A DNA stretch of 64,000 bases from the NCBI GenBank assembly GCA_016711215.1, contig JADJTL010000001.1, forward strand, positions 1,910 through 65,909, in the 5' to 3' direction. The stretch is from Pseudomonadota bacterium (GTDB lineage: Bacteria; Myxococcota_A; Polyangia; GCA-2747355). Below are positions 9,326 to 18,581 of the stretch, in pieces. The position numbers and the translations under genes were made by a program. Every line of letters begins with the position of its first letter. Position 1 is the stretch's first letter. A model generated the notes under the pieces. It worked only from the letters and a program-made list of their open reading frames with translations, did not search any database and was not told where the DNA came from.

Positions 9326-11860
9326 ATGTTGTACGCGAGCGCGGTGAGGGTTGGGGCGTTGAAGCTCGGTCGAGCGCGGGGCGCGCTGGCTTGCCTGGCG
9401 GTGACCGGTGTGCTGCTGCTGGGCTGCAACGATTCGCGGGTGCGCGAGCGCGAGTGCCGGACCGACGACGATTGCCCGCCGCATCACGTTTGCTCGGTGA
9501 CGGGGCAGTGCGTGCCGGAGGTCGGCGATGGCGGCGTTGGCGACCTGTCGCGCGCGGATCTCGGTCCCTGCGGGGGCTGCGCCGAGGGCGAGCGCTGTGT
9601 GGCCGGGCGCTGCATCGAGATTCAGAGCTGTCGCCACGATAACGAGTGCAGCAACGACACCTACTGCGACGAGGGTCAGTGCATCCCCTGGGGAACGGGT
9701 CCGAAGGGCGACTTCGACCGCTCCTGCTCCACGCTTCAGCCGATCGGGCTCTTCGCGCCGGCGATCCAATGCGCCTGGAGCGGCCCGCCCTCCGGCGACC
9801 GTTTTCCGGCCCACCGCAACGTGCTCGGTACCCCGCTGGTCGTCGACTTCGACTTCGATGGTGACCCGCAGCAGCGGCATCCCTCGATCGTCTTCGTCTC
9901 CTACGACGGCACCGACGGCAAGGCGCAGGCGGAGTACTGCGCCGACGGTCATCACGGCGTGATTCGCGTGATCGACGGTGAGCGCTGCGCGCAGCAGCAG
10001 ACCGTCGATCCAGCGCTCGGACGAATTCGGGCCGCGGCGATCCTCGCCGTCGCTGATCTCGACGCCGACGGTCGGCCCGAGATCGTCGCCCTGCGCTGCG
10101 AAGGCGGCGTGGTCGCGTTCACCTACGACCGGACGCAGCAGCGCTTCACGCAGCTTTGGGACGCGCCGCATGCCGCGAGCAAGACCTATAGCGGCTGGAC
10201 CGGCCCTTCGATTCATGACCTCGACAACGACGGCAAGCCCGAGGTGCTGAGCTGGGGCGTCGTCTGGGGCCACGATGGGCGGCTGCTCGACGACGCGCTG
10301 GGCGACCTGAGCTACGACGCCGGGTTCATCCCCGTGGTCGCCGATCTTCAAGGTGACGGGCTGGTCGAGCTGACCAACGGTGAGACGGCCTGGCAGTGGC
10401 GCGAGGGTCGCTGGCAGCCCTGGAAGCAATATGACCACGAGCGCGGCCAGGTGGCCTTCGGTGACTTCGGCACCTACGGCGCCGAGGCGGCCGCGGACGA
10501 TCGCCAGCGACTGGATGGCGTGCCCGAGATCGCCGTCGTCGCGGCTGGCCAGGTGCGGGTGCAAACGCTCGACGGCCGCATCATCTTCGGGCCGCTGGCG
10601 CTGCCCGCCGGCGGCACCGGTGGCGCGCCGACGATCGGCGACTTCGACAAGGATGGGCGTGCCGAGCTGGCGGCCGCCGGCAGCGATAGCTACACGGTCT
10701 TCGATCTCGACTGTGGCAAGAGCTGGCAAGCGGCGCCCTGCCAGGACGCGGCTGGCATCCTCTGGACCAGCCGCTCGCAGGATCACAGCTCGAACGTGAC
10801 GGGCTCGTCGGTCTTCGATTTCGAGGGCGACGGCGCGGCGGAGGCGGTCTACGCCGACGAGTGCTTCACGCGCGTCTACGACGGCAGGACCGGCGAGGTG
10901 CTCTTCTCGCAGTGGCGCACCTCCTGCACCTGGTACGACAACCCGGTGATCGCGGACGTCGATGGCGACTTCAACGCCGAGATCGTCGTCTCGGCCAACG
11001 CCAACTGCCAGACCTACGAGGGCAACGAGAACGGCGGCCCGTGGCAATGCGCCACCGATCGCGCGACTTATCCCGAGCGCCATCCCTTGACCGACGAAGC
11101 GCTCGATCCGCTCTTCGCCGGGCTGCGCTGCCGAGGTGCGGAGGACTGCCCTGGGGGCTCGTGCAATGAGGGGCTCTGCCGCTGCAACAGCGATGCGCAG
11201 TGCGGCAGCGGCGGCGGCTTCGGCTGCACGCCGCCGCGGGCGGGGACGGCGGGGGCCGGCAACGTCTGTCGCGCGGTCTTCAAGGGCTACGTGCAGGGCG
11301 TGCGCGTCTATCGCGACATTCAGGACCGCTGGGTGCGCTCGCGCATGATCTGGAACCAGCACGCCTACGCCGTGACCAACGTCGACGAGACGGGCACGGT
11401 GCCCCGCACCTCCGCCTGGCAACAGAACTGGAAACAGGCCGGCCTCAATAACTTCCGTCAGAACGTGCAGGGCTCGCTCGAGCCGGGAGCGCAGCCCGAT
11501 CTGACCGTGCGCCGCAACCAGAACCTGGCCTGCGAGCGCGAGGGTTGGCGCTTCTCGGCCAGCCTCTGCAACCGCGGCCTCGAGCCGGTGGGGGCCGGCA
11601 CGCCCGTCACGTTCTATCGCGGCGCGCGCGATGCTGGCGGCACACCCCTCTGCATCGGCCGCTCGGAGGCGGCGATCGGGCCCGGTGTCTGCACCGAGGT
11701 GACCTGCCTGTGGCAGGACGCCGACGGCACCTTCTCCCTCGGGGCGGACGTCTACGCCATGGGCGACGATGACGGCACGGGCCTGGGCCAGAACCGCGAG
11801 TGCAAGGAAGGCAACAACGGCGCCCGCATGCGCCGCCCGCTCTGCACGGTCATTTACTAA
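9326..11860 (+). CDS. FG-GAP/VCBS-repeat beta-propeller lipoprotein with Cys-rich N-terminus
   Basis: GAAGGAG RBS and signal peptide with lipobox LLLGC. Seven D-x-D-x-DG-x-x-E repeats (DFDGDPQ, DLDADGRPE, DLDNDGKPE, DLQGDGLVE, DFDKDGRAE, DFEGDGAAE, DVDGDFNAE). Lies 50 bp downstream of argD. Confidence 0.7.
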   Translation: MLYASAVRVGALKLGRARGALACLAVTGVLLLGCNDSRVRERECRTDDDCPPHHVCSVTGQCVPEVGDGGVGDLSRADLGPCGGCAEGERCVAGRCIEIQSCRHDNECSNDTYCDEGQCIPWGTGPKGDFDRSCSTLQPIGLFAPAIQCAWSGPPSGDRFPAHRNVLGTPLVVDFDFDGDPQQRHPSIVFVSYDGTDGKAQAEYCADGHHGVIRVIDGERCAQQQTVDPALGRIRAAAILAVADLDADGRPEIVALRCEGGVVAFTYDRTQQRFTQLWDAPHAASKTYSGWTGPSIHDLDNDGKPEVLSWGVVWGHDGRLLDDALGDLSYDAGFIPVVADLQGDGLVELTNGETAWQWREGRWQPWKQYDHERGQVAFGDFGTYGAEAAADDRQRLDGVPEIAVVAAGQVRVQTLDGRIIFGPLALPAGGTGGAPTIGDFDKDGRAELAAAGSDSYTVFDLDCGKSWQAAPCQDAAGILWTSRSQDHSSNVTGSSVFDFEGDGAAEAVYADECFTRVYDGRTGEVLFSQWRTSCTWYDNPVIADVDGDFNAEIVVSANANCQTYEGNENGGPWQCATDRATYPERHPLTDEALDPLFAGLRCRGAEDCPGGSCNEGLCRCNSDAQCGSGGGFGCTPPRAGTAGAGNVCRAVFKGYVQGVRVYRDIQDRWVRSRMIWNQHAYAVTNVDETGTVPRTSAWQQNWKQAGLNNFRQNVQGSLEPGAQPDLTVRRNQNLACEREGWRFSASLCNRGLEPVGAGTPVTFYRGARDAGGTPLCIGRSEAAIGPGVCTEVTCLWQDADGTFSLGADVYAMGDDDGTGLGQNRECKEGNNGARMRRPLCTVIY

Positions 11861-11914
11861 GCTCACCTCCTTCTTCTCTTCGCGCTGCTAGGCTGACGGG
11901 CAGGCCGGCGTGCG

Positions 11915-14209
11915 TTGCTTGCCTGCGCGAGCGGGGGGGCCGGGGCCGGGGCACGGGTCGTCCTGGCCCTCGGCGAGCGGAGGAGAACGCAGGGTGGTGG
12001 GACCGCCGCAAGGTTGCATGGCGCGCTTGGCGCGCTTGGCGCGCTTGGCGCCCGAGCGCGCGCGGTCCTGCTGACGCTGGCCGCCCTCGGCCTCGGCGTC
12101 GGCTGTCCCGGCTCGATCGGCTTCGTGACGCCAGCCGGCGACGCCCGTCGCCCGGCCCGAGACGGCGGGAGCTCCGATCAGAGCGCTGGTTGCCGACCGG
12201 CGTGTCTTGCTGGTCAGCGATGCGTCGACGGCTTCTGCTATCTCGGGGACGCCCCGCCCGCGTGCCCGGCGCAGCCGACGCGGCCCTGCAGCGTCGCGCG
12301 CGGCAGCGGCACGCAAACCTGCGCCCGCGGCGTCTGGGGCGCTTGCGTCCTGGAGTCGTGCGACGACGCAGCGGCGACGCCTCCGGCCTGCGGCTTCACC
12401 CCTCGGAGCTGCGCGGGCGCGCCGCGTGCCTGTGCTGCCGTCAGTCACCAACTACCCCTGCCGACCCACTTCAGCGCCGCCAGCGGTGGCGCGTCGTTCC
12501 TCGCCACCGACCCGCCGGAGCTGATGTTGCAGCCGAGCCTCTCGCCCGATTACACGCCGGGGCTCTGCTACCGGGTCTACAACTACGGGCTGATTCCTGA
12601 CGTCGATGATTACCCGGCGGCTACCTTCACGACGGAGGCGCCCAGCAACGCCAGCGCTGAGGCCTTCGCCGCGGCGAGCTGTGCCGCCACCGGCGTGCCG
12701 CTCGAGCACCGGCGGCCGCCGACCGGCGACGGCGTTTGGGCCTCCGGCGCACCGACCTCGAATAGCTGCCGCACGCAGGTGATCCATGCGAGCATCGCCG
12801 ACCACTCGCTCTACACGGTCTTCCTGCCGCCGAACTGGTCGGCCGACGCGCCCGCCGCGACCTACCCGATCCTCTTCAACGGCCAGTACGACCTGCACGC
12901 CAACACCTTTAGCCAGTACGGGTCCCTGCTCGCGCGCGTGGTCAGCGAGAGCGGCCTGCAGGGTCGCCGCGGCGTGATCGGCGTCTTGTGGAATGGCGGC
13001 GGCGCGGCGGCGAGCCGCACCACCAACGAGCGCGCCCTCGCTCAGTTCGCCGCGGTCATCGCCCAAGTGGTCGAGCGCTACCACGGCAACCCGCAGTGGA
13101 TCGTCACCTTCGGTGCCTCCCGTGGGGGGGGCACGGCGCTGGCGATGGCGGCCAACCCCAACGGCGCGCCCTACCGTGTGGTGCTGGCCGCGGCGCAGGT
13201 GCCGCCGACGCTCCTTGGCGACCACGCCCGACTGGGCACGGTCACCTATCCGGCATTGCTCGGCGCCGTGAGCTGGAGCACGGGCCTCGCCGACGCCTGG
13301 TTGACCGGCTGGACCTACCCGAGCTGCGCCGGTCGACCGGCACTCACGGGGCTGCGCGGCTGGCAGGCTCACCTGCACGTGCTCGTCGGCACCACCGACC
13401 CAGCGGTGGCGGATACCCAGCACAGCCTGCTCTCGGAACGCTTCCTCGGCGCGCTGCAGCGCGCGGGCACGCAGATCTACCTCGAGATCGGCGAGCACGA
13501 CCACATCGTGCCCTACCCGCACCAGGTCCGTTACGCGACGGCGCTGCGCGCGCGCGGGTTGCCGGCCCAGGTCGAGGTCGTGCTGCGCGGCGGTCACGGC
13601 TCGCTGCGCACGACCCTTGGGGGCGCGGGCCCCGCCTTCGACTACCTGGAGCGGCTCGTCCGCGACGCCGGGCTCGCGCTCGCCAACAGCGCCCAGAGTC
13701 TCCAGGCGTCGCCGCCCGCCCTGGTCACGCCCGGGCTTCGCTTCCACCGCGTGCGCCGCGGCGATGGCGCGACCGAGCTCGTCTCGCCGGCGAAGGGGAA
13801 TTACCCCTTCGCGATCGATGTGCCCTGGATCGTTGCCGCCGGCACCGGCTTTCCCGTGATCGCCGTCGGCGAGCCGGGCACGCTTTACGAGTTCTCCGCG
13901 ACCCACGTGCCCACCGGCGCCGCGGGGGGCACCCTCGCGGGCACCATCGCGGCGAACCACACCCGCGAGGATTGGGTCGAGCTGCCGGTCACGCAGCCCC
14001 TCGGTGCCTACCGCTGGGCCCTGCGCATCCAGCGCCCGGGCGAAGGCTGGCAGGAGATCCCCAGCACCGCGACCCCCACCGGCGCCCTCTGCACCACCGA
14101 GGTCATCCCCTCCGAGCCGCCCCTCACCGGTGACGCTGCCAGCGCTGGTGCCCAGCCGCCGACGGTGCCGGGCTACGCCGGCACCAACTGGGGTCTCTCC
14201 GAGTATTGA
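11915..14209 (+). CDS. secreted alpha/beta-hydrolase-like protein with Cys-rich N-terminal module
   Basis: Signal/lipobox LAALGLGVGC, Cys-rich ~80 aa, then a GxSxG elbow (FGASRGGGTALAMA). True start is uncertain (possible TTG ~12012). A 9-bp x3 repeat gcgcttggc sits in the N-terminal coding region. Confidence 0.6.
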   Translation: MLACASGGAGAGARVVLALGERRRTQGGGTAARLHGALGALGALGARARAVLLTLAALGLGVGCPGSIGFVTPAGDARRPARDGGSSDQSAGCRPACLAGQRCVDGFCYLGDAPPACPAQPTRPCSVARGSGTQTCARGVWGACVLESCDDAAATPPACGFTPRSCAGAPRACAAVSHQLPLPTHFSAASGGASFLATDPPELMLQPSLSPDYTPGLCYRVYNYGLIPDVDDYPAATFTTEAPSNASAEAFAAASCAATGVPLEHRRPPTGDGVWASGAPTSNSCRTQVIHASIADHSLYTVFLPPNWSADAPAATYPILFNGQYDLHANTFSQYGSLLARVVSESGLQGRRGVIGVLWNGGGAAASRTTNERALAQFAAVIAQVVERYHGNPQWIVTFGASRGGGTALAMAANPNGAPYRVVLAAAQVPPTLLGDHARLGTVTYPALLGAVSWSTGLADAWLTGWTYPSCAGRPALTGLRGWQAHLHVLVGTTDPAVADTQHSLLSERFLGALQRAGTQIYLEIGEHDHIVPYPHQVRYATALRARGLPAQVEVVLRGGHGSLRTTLGGAGPAFDYLERLVRDAGLALANSAQSLQASPPALVTPGLRFHRVRRGDGATELVSPAKGNYPFAIDVPWIVAAGTGFPVIAVGEPGTLYEFSATHVPTGAAGGTLAGTIAANHTREDWVELPVTQPLGAYRWALRIQRPGEGWQEIPSTATPTGALCTTEVIPSEPPLTGDAASAGAQPPTVPGYAGTNWGLSEY

Positions 14210-14236
14210 GCCGCCGAGCGACGCGCGACGCGACGC

Positions 14237-15610
14237 TCAAGGTGCCGGCAGCTCGAGCCGCACGTCGTCGTAGTAGACCTCGCCCTCGTAGTAGTTGGTG
14301 TGCGGGTCGCCGAACATGAAGTAGTCGGGCCAGCCGACGCCTGCGGGCCAGACGGCGCCTGTCACTGCGGGCCAGCTCGCGGCATCGAGGCAGCCGCTGG
14401 TGGCTGTCTCTCCGGGCTGGTTGTAGTGCCAGACGCAGGCGGTAGCGGCGTCGAGGGTGGCGCGGTAGTGCTGGCGCCCGCCGTAGGCGAAGTCGCCGCT
14501 GACCTCCAGCGTATAGCGTCCACCGTCGCGCGTGATGCGGACGTCGTACCAGGTCGCCGGGCGGTAGGCGTCGACCGCGCGAATCGCGTCGAGCTCGGCC
14601 TCGCGCTGCCACTGGCCGGCGGCGTAGGTGACGAAGCGCTTGCCGATCTCGACGCGGTCGGCGTCGAGCGCACGATCGCGCCCGTCGATCGCGAACATCG
14701 TCAGCCCGTGCTTGCCGCTGGCGACGAAAGATTGCCCGTTCCAGATCTCGACCCAGGGCGGCGGCAGGTGGTTGTCGGTGTCGATCACGACCTTGCGGTG
14801 GTGGTGGATCCAGATGTTGTTATGAGGCCGCGGGCGGCTGTCGAGGATGGCTAGCCAGTAGCAACCGTTATCCGTCTGCGCGCTGGCGTCGCGCCAGGGC
14901 TCGGCGCGCTCACCCCCGCTGTAGCCGTTGGCGCCGCTGCCGTCACCAAAGCTCAGATGGCCGACGCGCAGCGAGACGCGATAGCGCGCGGGAAGCGGCG
15001 CACTCGGCCGCACGACGGTCGCATCGGTGTGGCGTGGCGAGCGCAGCCGCAGCACCTGATTCGACCCACCGCTGGGGTCCGCGACCACGCTCGCGAGGGT
15101 CGTGAGCGTGGTCGTCGCATCGCGCGTCGAGGACTCGAGCGTCAGCCAGGCGGCCTCGCCGAAGGGCAGGCTGAGCCGGTACGCGCTCGGTGGCGCGAGG
15201 CCTTGCTCCGTGAAGTAGCTGCCGCGATCGGCGAAGGGGCCGTCGTCCGGGTAGCCATCGGGCTGCCACGCGGCCGTGCCCAGCGCGCCGGTCTCGAAGT
15301 CCTCGAGGTGGCTTACAACCCAGCCGCCGGCCATGCCGTCTGCGCCGGCGCGGGCATCCTTGCGGTCGGTCGACGCGCTGCTGTCGCCGCCCTCGGGCTG
15401 GCCCCCGTCGCGCGTGCTTGTGTCGCGGTCGCTGCGCGCATCGGCCCTGGGTGGCGGCTCTCGCCCATCCTTCGACCAGGGCACTGGGCGATGCTGGTGG
15501 CAGGCCGCGCCGAGCAAGAGCAAGCCGGCCAGCGCGCCGCGCCGCGCCTCGCTCGCCCGGCGTGGCGGGCCCGCGCCCGGTCGCGTTCGTCGCAGGTCAC
15601 GCCGCTGCAC
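14237..15610 (-). CDS. hypothetical secreted protein
   Basis: 457-aa ORF with basic N-terminus then LAGLLLLGAAC, a signal/lipobox. No family recognised. Confidence 0.55.
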   Translation of the reverse strand: MQRRDLRRTRPGAGPPRRASEARRGALAGLLLLGAACHQHRPVPWSKDGREPPPRADARSDRDTSTRDGGQPEGGDSSASTDRKDARAGADGMAGGWVVSHLEDFETGALGTAAWQPDGYPDDGPFADRGSYFTEQGLAPPSAYRLSLPFGEAAWLTLESSTRDATTTLTTLASVVADPSGGSNQVLRLRSPRHTDATVVRPSAPLPARYRVSLRVGHLSFGDGSGANGYSGGERAEPWRDASAQTDNGCYWLAILDSRPRPHNNIWIHHHRKVVIDTDNHLPPPWVEIWNGQSFVASGKHGLTMFAIDGRDRALDADRVEIGKRFVTYAAGQWQREAELDAIRAVDAYRPATWYDVRITRDGGRYTLEVSGDFAYGGRQHYRATLDAATACVWHYNQPGETATSGCLDAASWPAVTGAVWPAGVGWPDYFMFGDPHTNYYEGEVYYDDVRLELPAP

Positions 15611-15628
15611 GCCGCCCTCTTCGCTCCC

Positions 15629-17113
15629 TCAGTCGGCAGCCGCGGGCGTGTTCTCGCAGCGCGAGGGAGCCTGCAGCACGCAGCGGGTGGCCGCCGGGAG
15701 CGCCCGCTGCGCCAAGCGATCGTCGACGAAGCGCAGCAGCTCGGGCAGCGCCCAAAGCGTGGTCTTGGTGTGGCCAGCGTCCCGGCACTCGAGGTACTGC
15801 AGCGGCAGGCCCTGGCTACAGAGCGTCGCGAAGCTCTCGCGCTCGATCGGCGTGTTCACCAGCTGGTCGGCCTCGCCGGTGACGAAGAGCATCCCGTAGC
15901 TCTCGCTCGCCTGGCCGAGGCGTGCCACCGAGGTCGTCGTCAGGCCGTTCTCGCGCACGATGCAGCCCCAGGGATCGAGCGCGGCGAAGCGGTCCTCGGC
16001 AGCAGCGCTCAGCACGCCCGGCGAGAAGACCTCCTCGAGCGCGGTGGGGCGGAACGCGTCCCCCAAGTCACAGCCTGCGCCCAAGAGCGCTGGGATTCTG
16101 CTCGGCCACGGTTCCGCGAAGACCTCATCCAAGCGCGCGCCGACCCCGTACCAGAAGGGCACGGTGCCGAGGAAGGCCACCGCGTTCTTGCTCGCGTCGA
16201 CGAGGGAACGCAGCGCACGTTCCGATTGTCGCAGGAGATCGGCCGGTGGCACCGTGGCCACCCCGCCCAGATGCTCGAGCTCCCGCGCGTAGTAGGGCGC
16301 GAGGCGCTCGACCCAGAGCGCCGCATGGCCACCCTGTGAGCCGCCAAAGGTGACGAAGCGCGGTCGCGCGCAGACGCCGCCGCGCTGGCTGGGCGCGAGC
16401 TGAGCAGCGGCGCGCAGGGCATCGAGCGCCGCGATCGCCGTCGGCTGGCCCGCGAGGTAGGGGTGGAGGAACCCCGTCTTCTCGCCGTCCGAGCGCAGTC
16501 CGAGGAAGTCGGGGATGACGACGACCCGGCCATACGATGCCAGCGCCGCGCCGAGGAGCTGCGTGGCCTCGTCGCCGCCGACCCCACAGCCATCGGTGAA
16601 GCCGCTGGTGCCATGCAGCAGCAGGAGCATATCGAGCGCCGCGCCGGGAGTGCTGTCGTTCGGGTAGGCCACGACCGCCGTGGCCTCGATCAACTGGCCC
16701 CGGTCCTGGGTGCGGTAGGTGATGAGCTGCACCGCCGAGTCGTGCTGAAGCGGCTCGGGCAGGCTGACGCCCGAAACCGCCAGCAGGGTGTTGAGCAAGC
16801 TGGCGCGCAGGACCCGCGGCTCCCCGGCGCTGACGATGGCTCCGAGCTCCGAGCCGCGCAGCCAGCGGTACGCGCCCTGCCCGCAGCGCGCCGGAGCGTC
16901 CGCCAGCGCGTCGGTCTCCACCGTGCCCGCCACGAGCGGCGCAGGAAAATCGCAGGTCGCAGCATCGGCGCTGGCCGCGTCGGCCGCCGAGGCGTCGGAG
17001 GCAGCACCATCGCCACCCGCGTCGCGTCGCGCGCTGACGGCCCCGTCACTGCAGGCGCCGGCCGCGAGCAGCAGCGGCAGGGCGAGTAACCCCAGCCTGG
17101 AGCGTGAGCGCAT
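15629..17113 (-). CDS. secretory-lipase-like alpha/beta hydrolase lipoprotein
   Basis: Signal and lipobox LLLAAGAC. HGTSG oxyanion-like motif and FGGSQGGHAAL GxSxG nucleophile. Confidence 0.65.
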   Translation of the reverse strand: MRSRSRLGLLALPLLLAAGACSDGAVSARRDAGGDGAASDASAADAASADAATCDFPAPLVAGTVETDALADAPARCGQGAYRWLRGSELGAIVSAGEPRVLRASLLNTLLAVSGVSLPEPLQHDSAVQLITYRTQDRGQLIEATAVVAYPNDSTPGAALDMLLLLHGTSGFTDGCGVGGDEATQLLGAALASYGRVVVIPDFLGLRSDGEKTGFLHPYLAGQPTAIAALDALRAAAQLAPSQRGGVCARPRFVTFGGSQGGHAALWVERLAPYYARELEHLGGVATVPPADLLRQSERALRSLVDASKNAVAFLGTVPFWYGVGARLDEVFAEPWPSRIPALLGAGCDLGDAFRPTALEEVFSPGVLSAAAEDRFAALDPWGCIVRENGLTTTSVARLGQASESYGMLFVTGEADQLVNTPIERESFATLCSQGLPLQYLECRDAGHTKTTLWALPELLRFVDDRLAQRALPAATRCVLQAPSRCENTPAAAD

Positions 17114-17164
17114 GCGTTCTCCGTCGTGGCGCGACCGAGCGCGCGCCGCCGCTACTGTGCGCCG

Positions 17165-18148
17165 CTACTGTGCGCTGATCGTCGCGCCGACCGCGGTGAA
17201 GCCGAGACCAATCGACATCCGATTGTTGGGCAGGTCGGCGTGGAAGAGCTCCTTGACCAGCAGGTTCCCGCGGACGATGGCCAGCGTGAGCTGCTGTCCG
17301 GCGCCGAGCTGGAAGGTCGAGCGGATCGTGTCGGCCGTGCTACCCGTCGGCTTCTCGACCAACGTGGCGTTCCCCAGGTCGACGGCGACCTGCAGCAGTT
17401 GGTCGACGTTGAACGCGCCAGCGATGATGCCCGAGGTGATCGTCGTGCCCGTCAAGGTCCCACGGATGTGGGCCTGCTCGATCGTGAGGATGGGGCGAAT
17501 CGTGTCCGCCATCGTCAGCTCGAGCTGCAGCTTGGCCGGCCCCAGGTCGAAGGCGCCCGTCGTGATTTTACCGCCGAAGAGCAGGTCGTTCGGGCTGTTC
17601 GCCGCCGGGGTGAAGAGGTGGCTGCCGTTGAAGCAGCGCGCCGCGGCCTCGAGGCCGCACGCGGCCAGGTCGTTGCTGTCACAACAGGTCTGGTCGTCGG
17701 CGAGCCAGAGCTGGCCCTGCGCGTTGCTGGTGTTGGCGAAGTCGGCGGCGCGCATGCGCAGCGTGAGCAGGGTCTTGCCCTCGAAGACGGACTCATCGAC
17801 CTGGGTCTGAAAGTCACCGTCGGAGAGCGAGGCCACGAAGGTCAGGCTGGTGCGGAACTCGTTGTCGACCTTCCCGTCCCCGGTGAGGTCGATCGCATAG
17901 CTCTTGGTGGCCGTGGGCAGCAGCAGTCGGTTGACCACGAAGTCACGACAGTTGGTGGTGCAGCCTGTGCTGCTGCTCGCGGCGTCGCTCTTGAGGCCGC
18001 CGTCGCCTGTGGCGACCGCTACCGTATCGCCGCAGGCCGCCAGGGGCAGGCTCGCCGCCAGCAGCAGCACGAGGGCCTTTGCGATCAAGGCCAAGGCCGT
18101 GGCGGACGCCAGGCGTGGCCCGAAGAGCTTGTAGCTGCGTTTTCCCAT
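17165..18148 (-). CDS. hypothetical lipoprotein
   Basis: Internal start MGKRSYKLFG...LLLAASLPLAAC (signal plus lipobox). The track ORF extends further 5'. Confidence 0.5.
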   Translation of the reverse strand: MGKRSYKLFGPRLASATALALIAKALVLLLAASLPLAACGDTVAVATGDGGLKSDAASSSTGCTTNCRDFVVNRLLLPTATKSYAIDLTGDGKVDNEFRTSLTFVASLSDGDFQTQVDESVFEGKTLLTLRMRAADFANTSNAQGQLWLADDQTCCDSNDLAACGLEAAARCFNGSHLFTPAANSPNDLLFGGKITTGAFDLGPAKLQLELTMADTIRPILTIEQAHIRGTLTGTTITSGIIAGAFNVDQLLQVAVDLGNATLVEKPTGSTADTIRSTFQLGAGQQLTLAIVRGNLLVKELFHADLPNNRMSIGLGFTAVGATISAQ

Positions 18149-18581
18149 CGGATGAACCTCCATGTTCGGGTCAGGGTCGCCGGCGGCACGCGGCACGCGG
18201 AGCGACCGAAGACATACACCACGCGGACACATACACCAGGCGTGGAGCCGGTGCGACCCTTGAGTCCACCGGCCCCTCGATCGTGAACGAGGATCGGGAG
18301 GCGTCAACCCGGCGGTGCGCACGAAGGTGCGCGCCAGTTGACCGATGGTCTTGCAGCGCAAGGTGTGCGGAGCGTCTCAGGCCGGCCTGGGCCCGGCAGT
18401 TGGGTCGCTGGTTTGCATGCGGCGTTGCAGGGGCCGCGGCGCCGCCGCGCTGCGGGGCTGGCGGTGCTATATCGCGCTTGCGCATCGGGCCTGGTTCCGC
18501 ATGATCGGCGCCAGGCGCCAGGCTGGCGCCTCGAGGGTCGTGGGACGGCGCGCGCTGCGTGCCGAGGCAGGGGAGGGGAGA

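Noticed and set aside
9209-11866. Long antisense ORFs opposite real genes. This 885-aa minus ORF is one example. Others are 12452-13960(-), 18596-20584(-), 21733-23601(-), 43470-45722(-), 57880-59223 opposite, and 61378-63204(-).
   Set aside because: Low-complexity Arg/Ala/Gly-rich translations typical of GC3-skewed high-GC genomes. The opposite strand carries clear family motifs (FG-GAP, GS, histidine kinase, RCC1).
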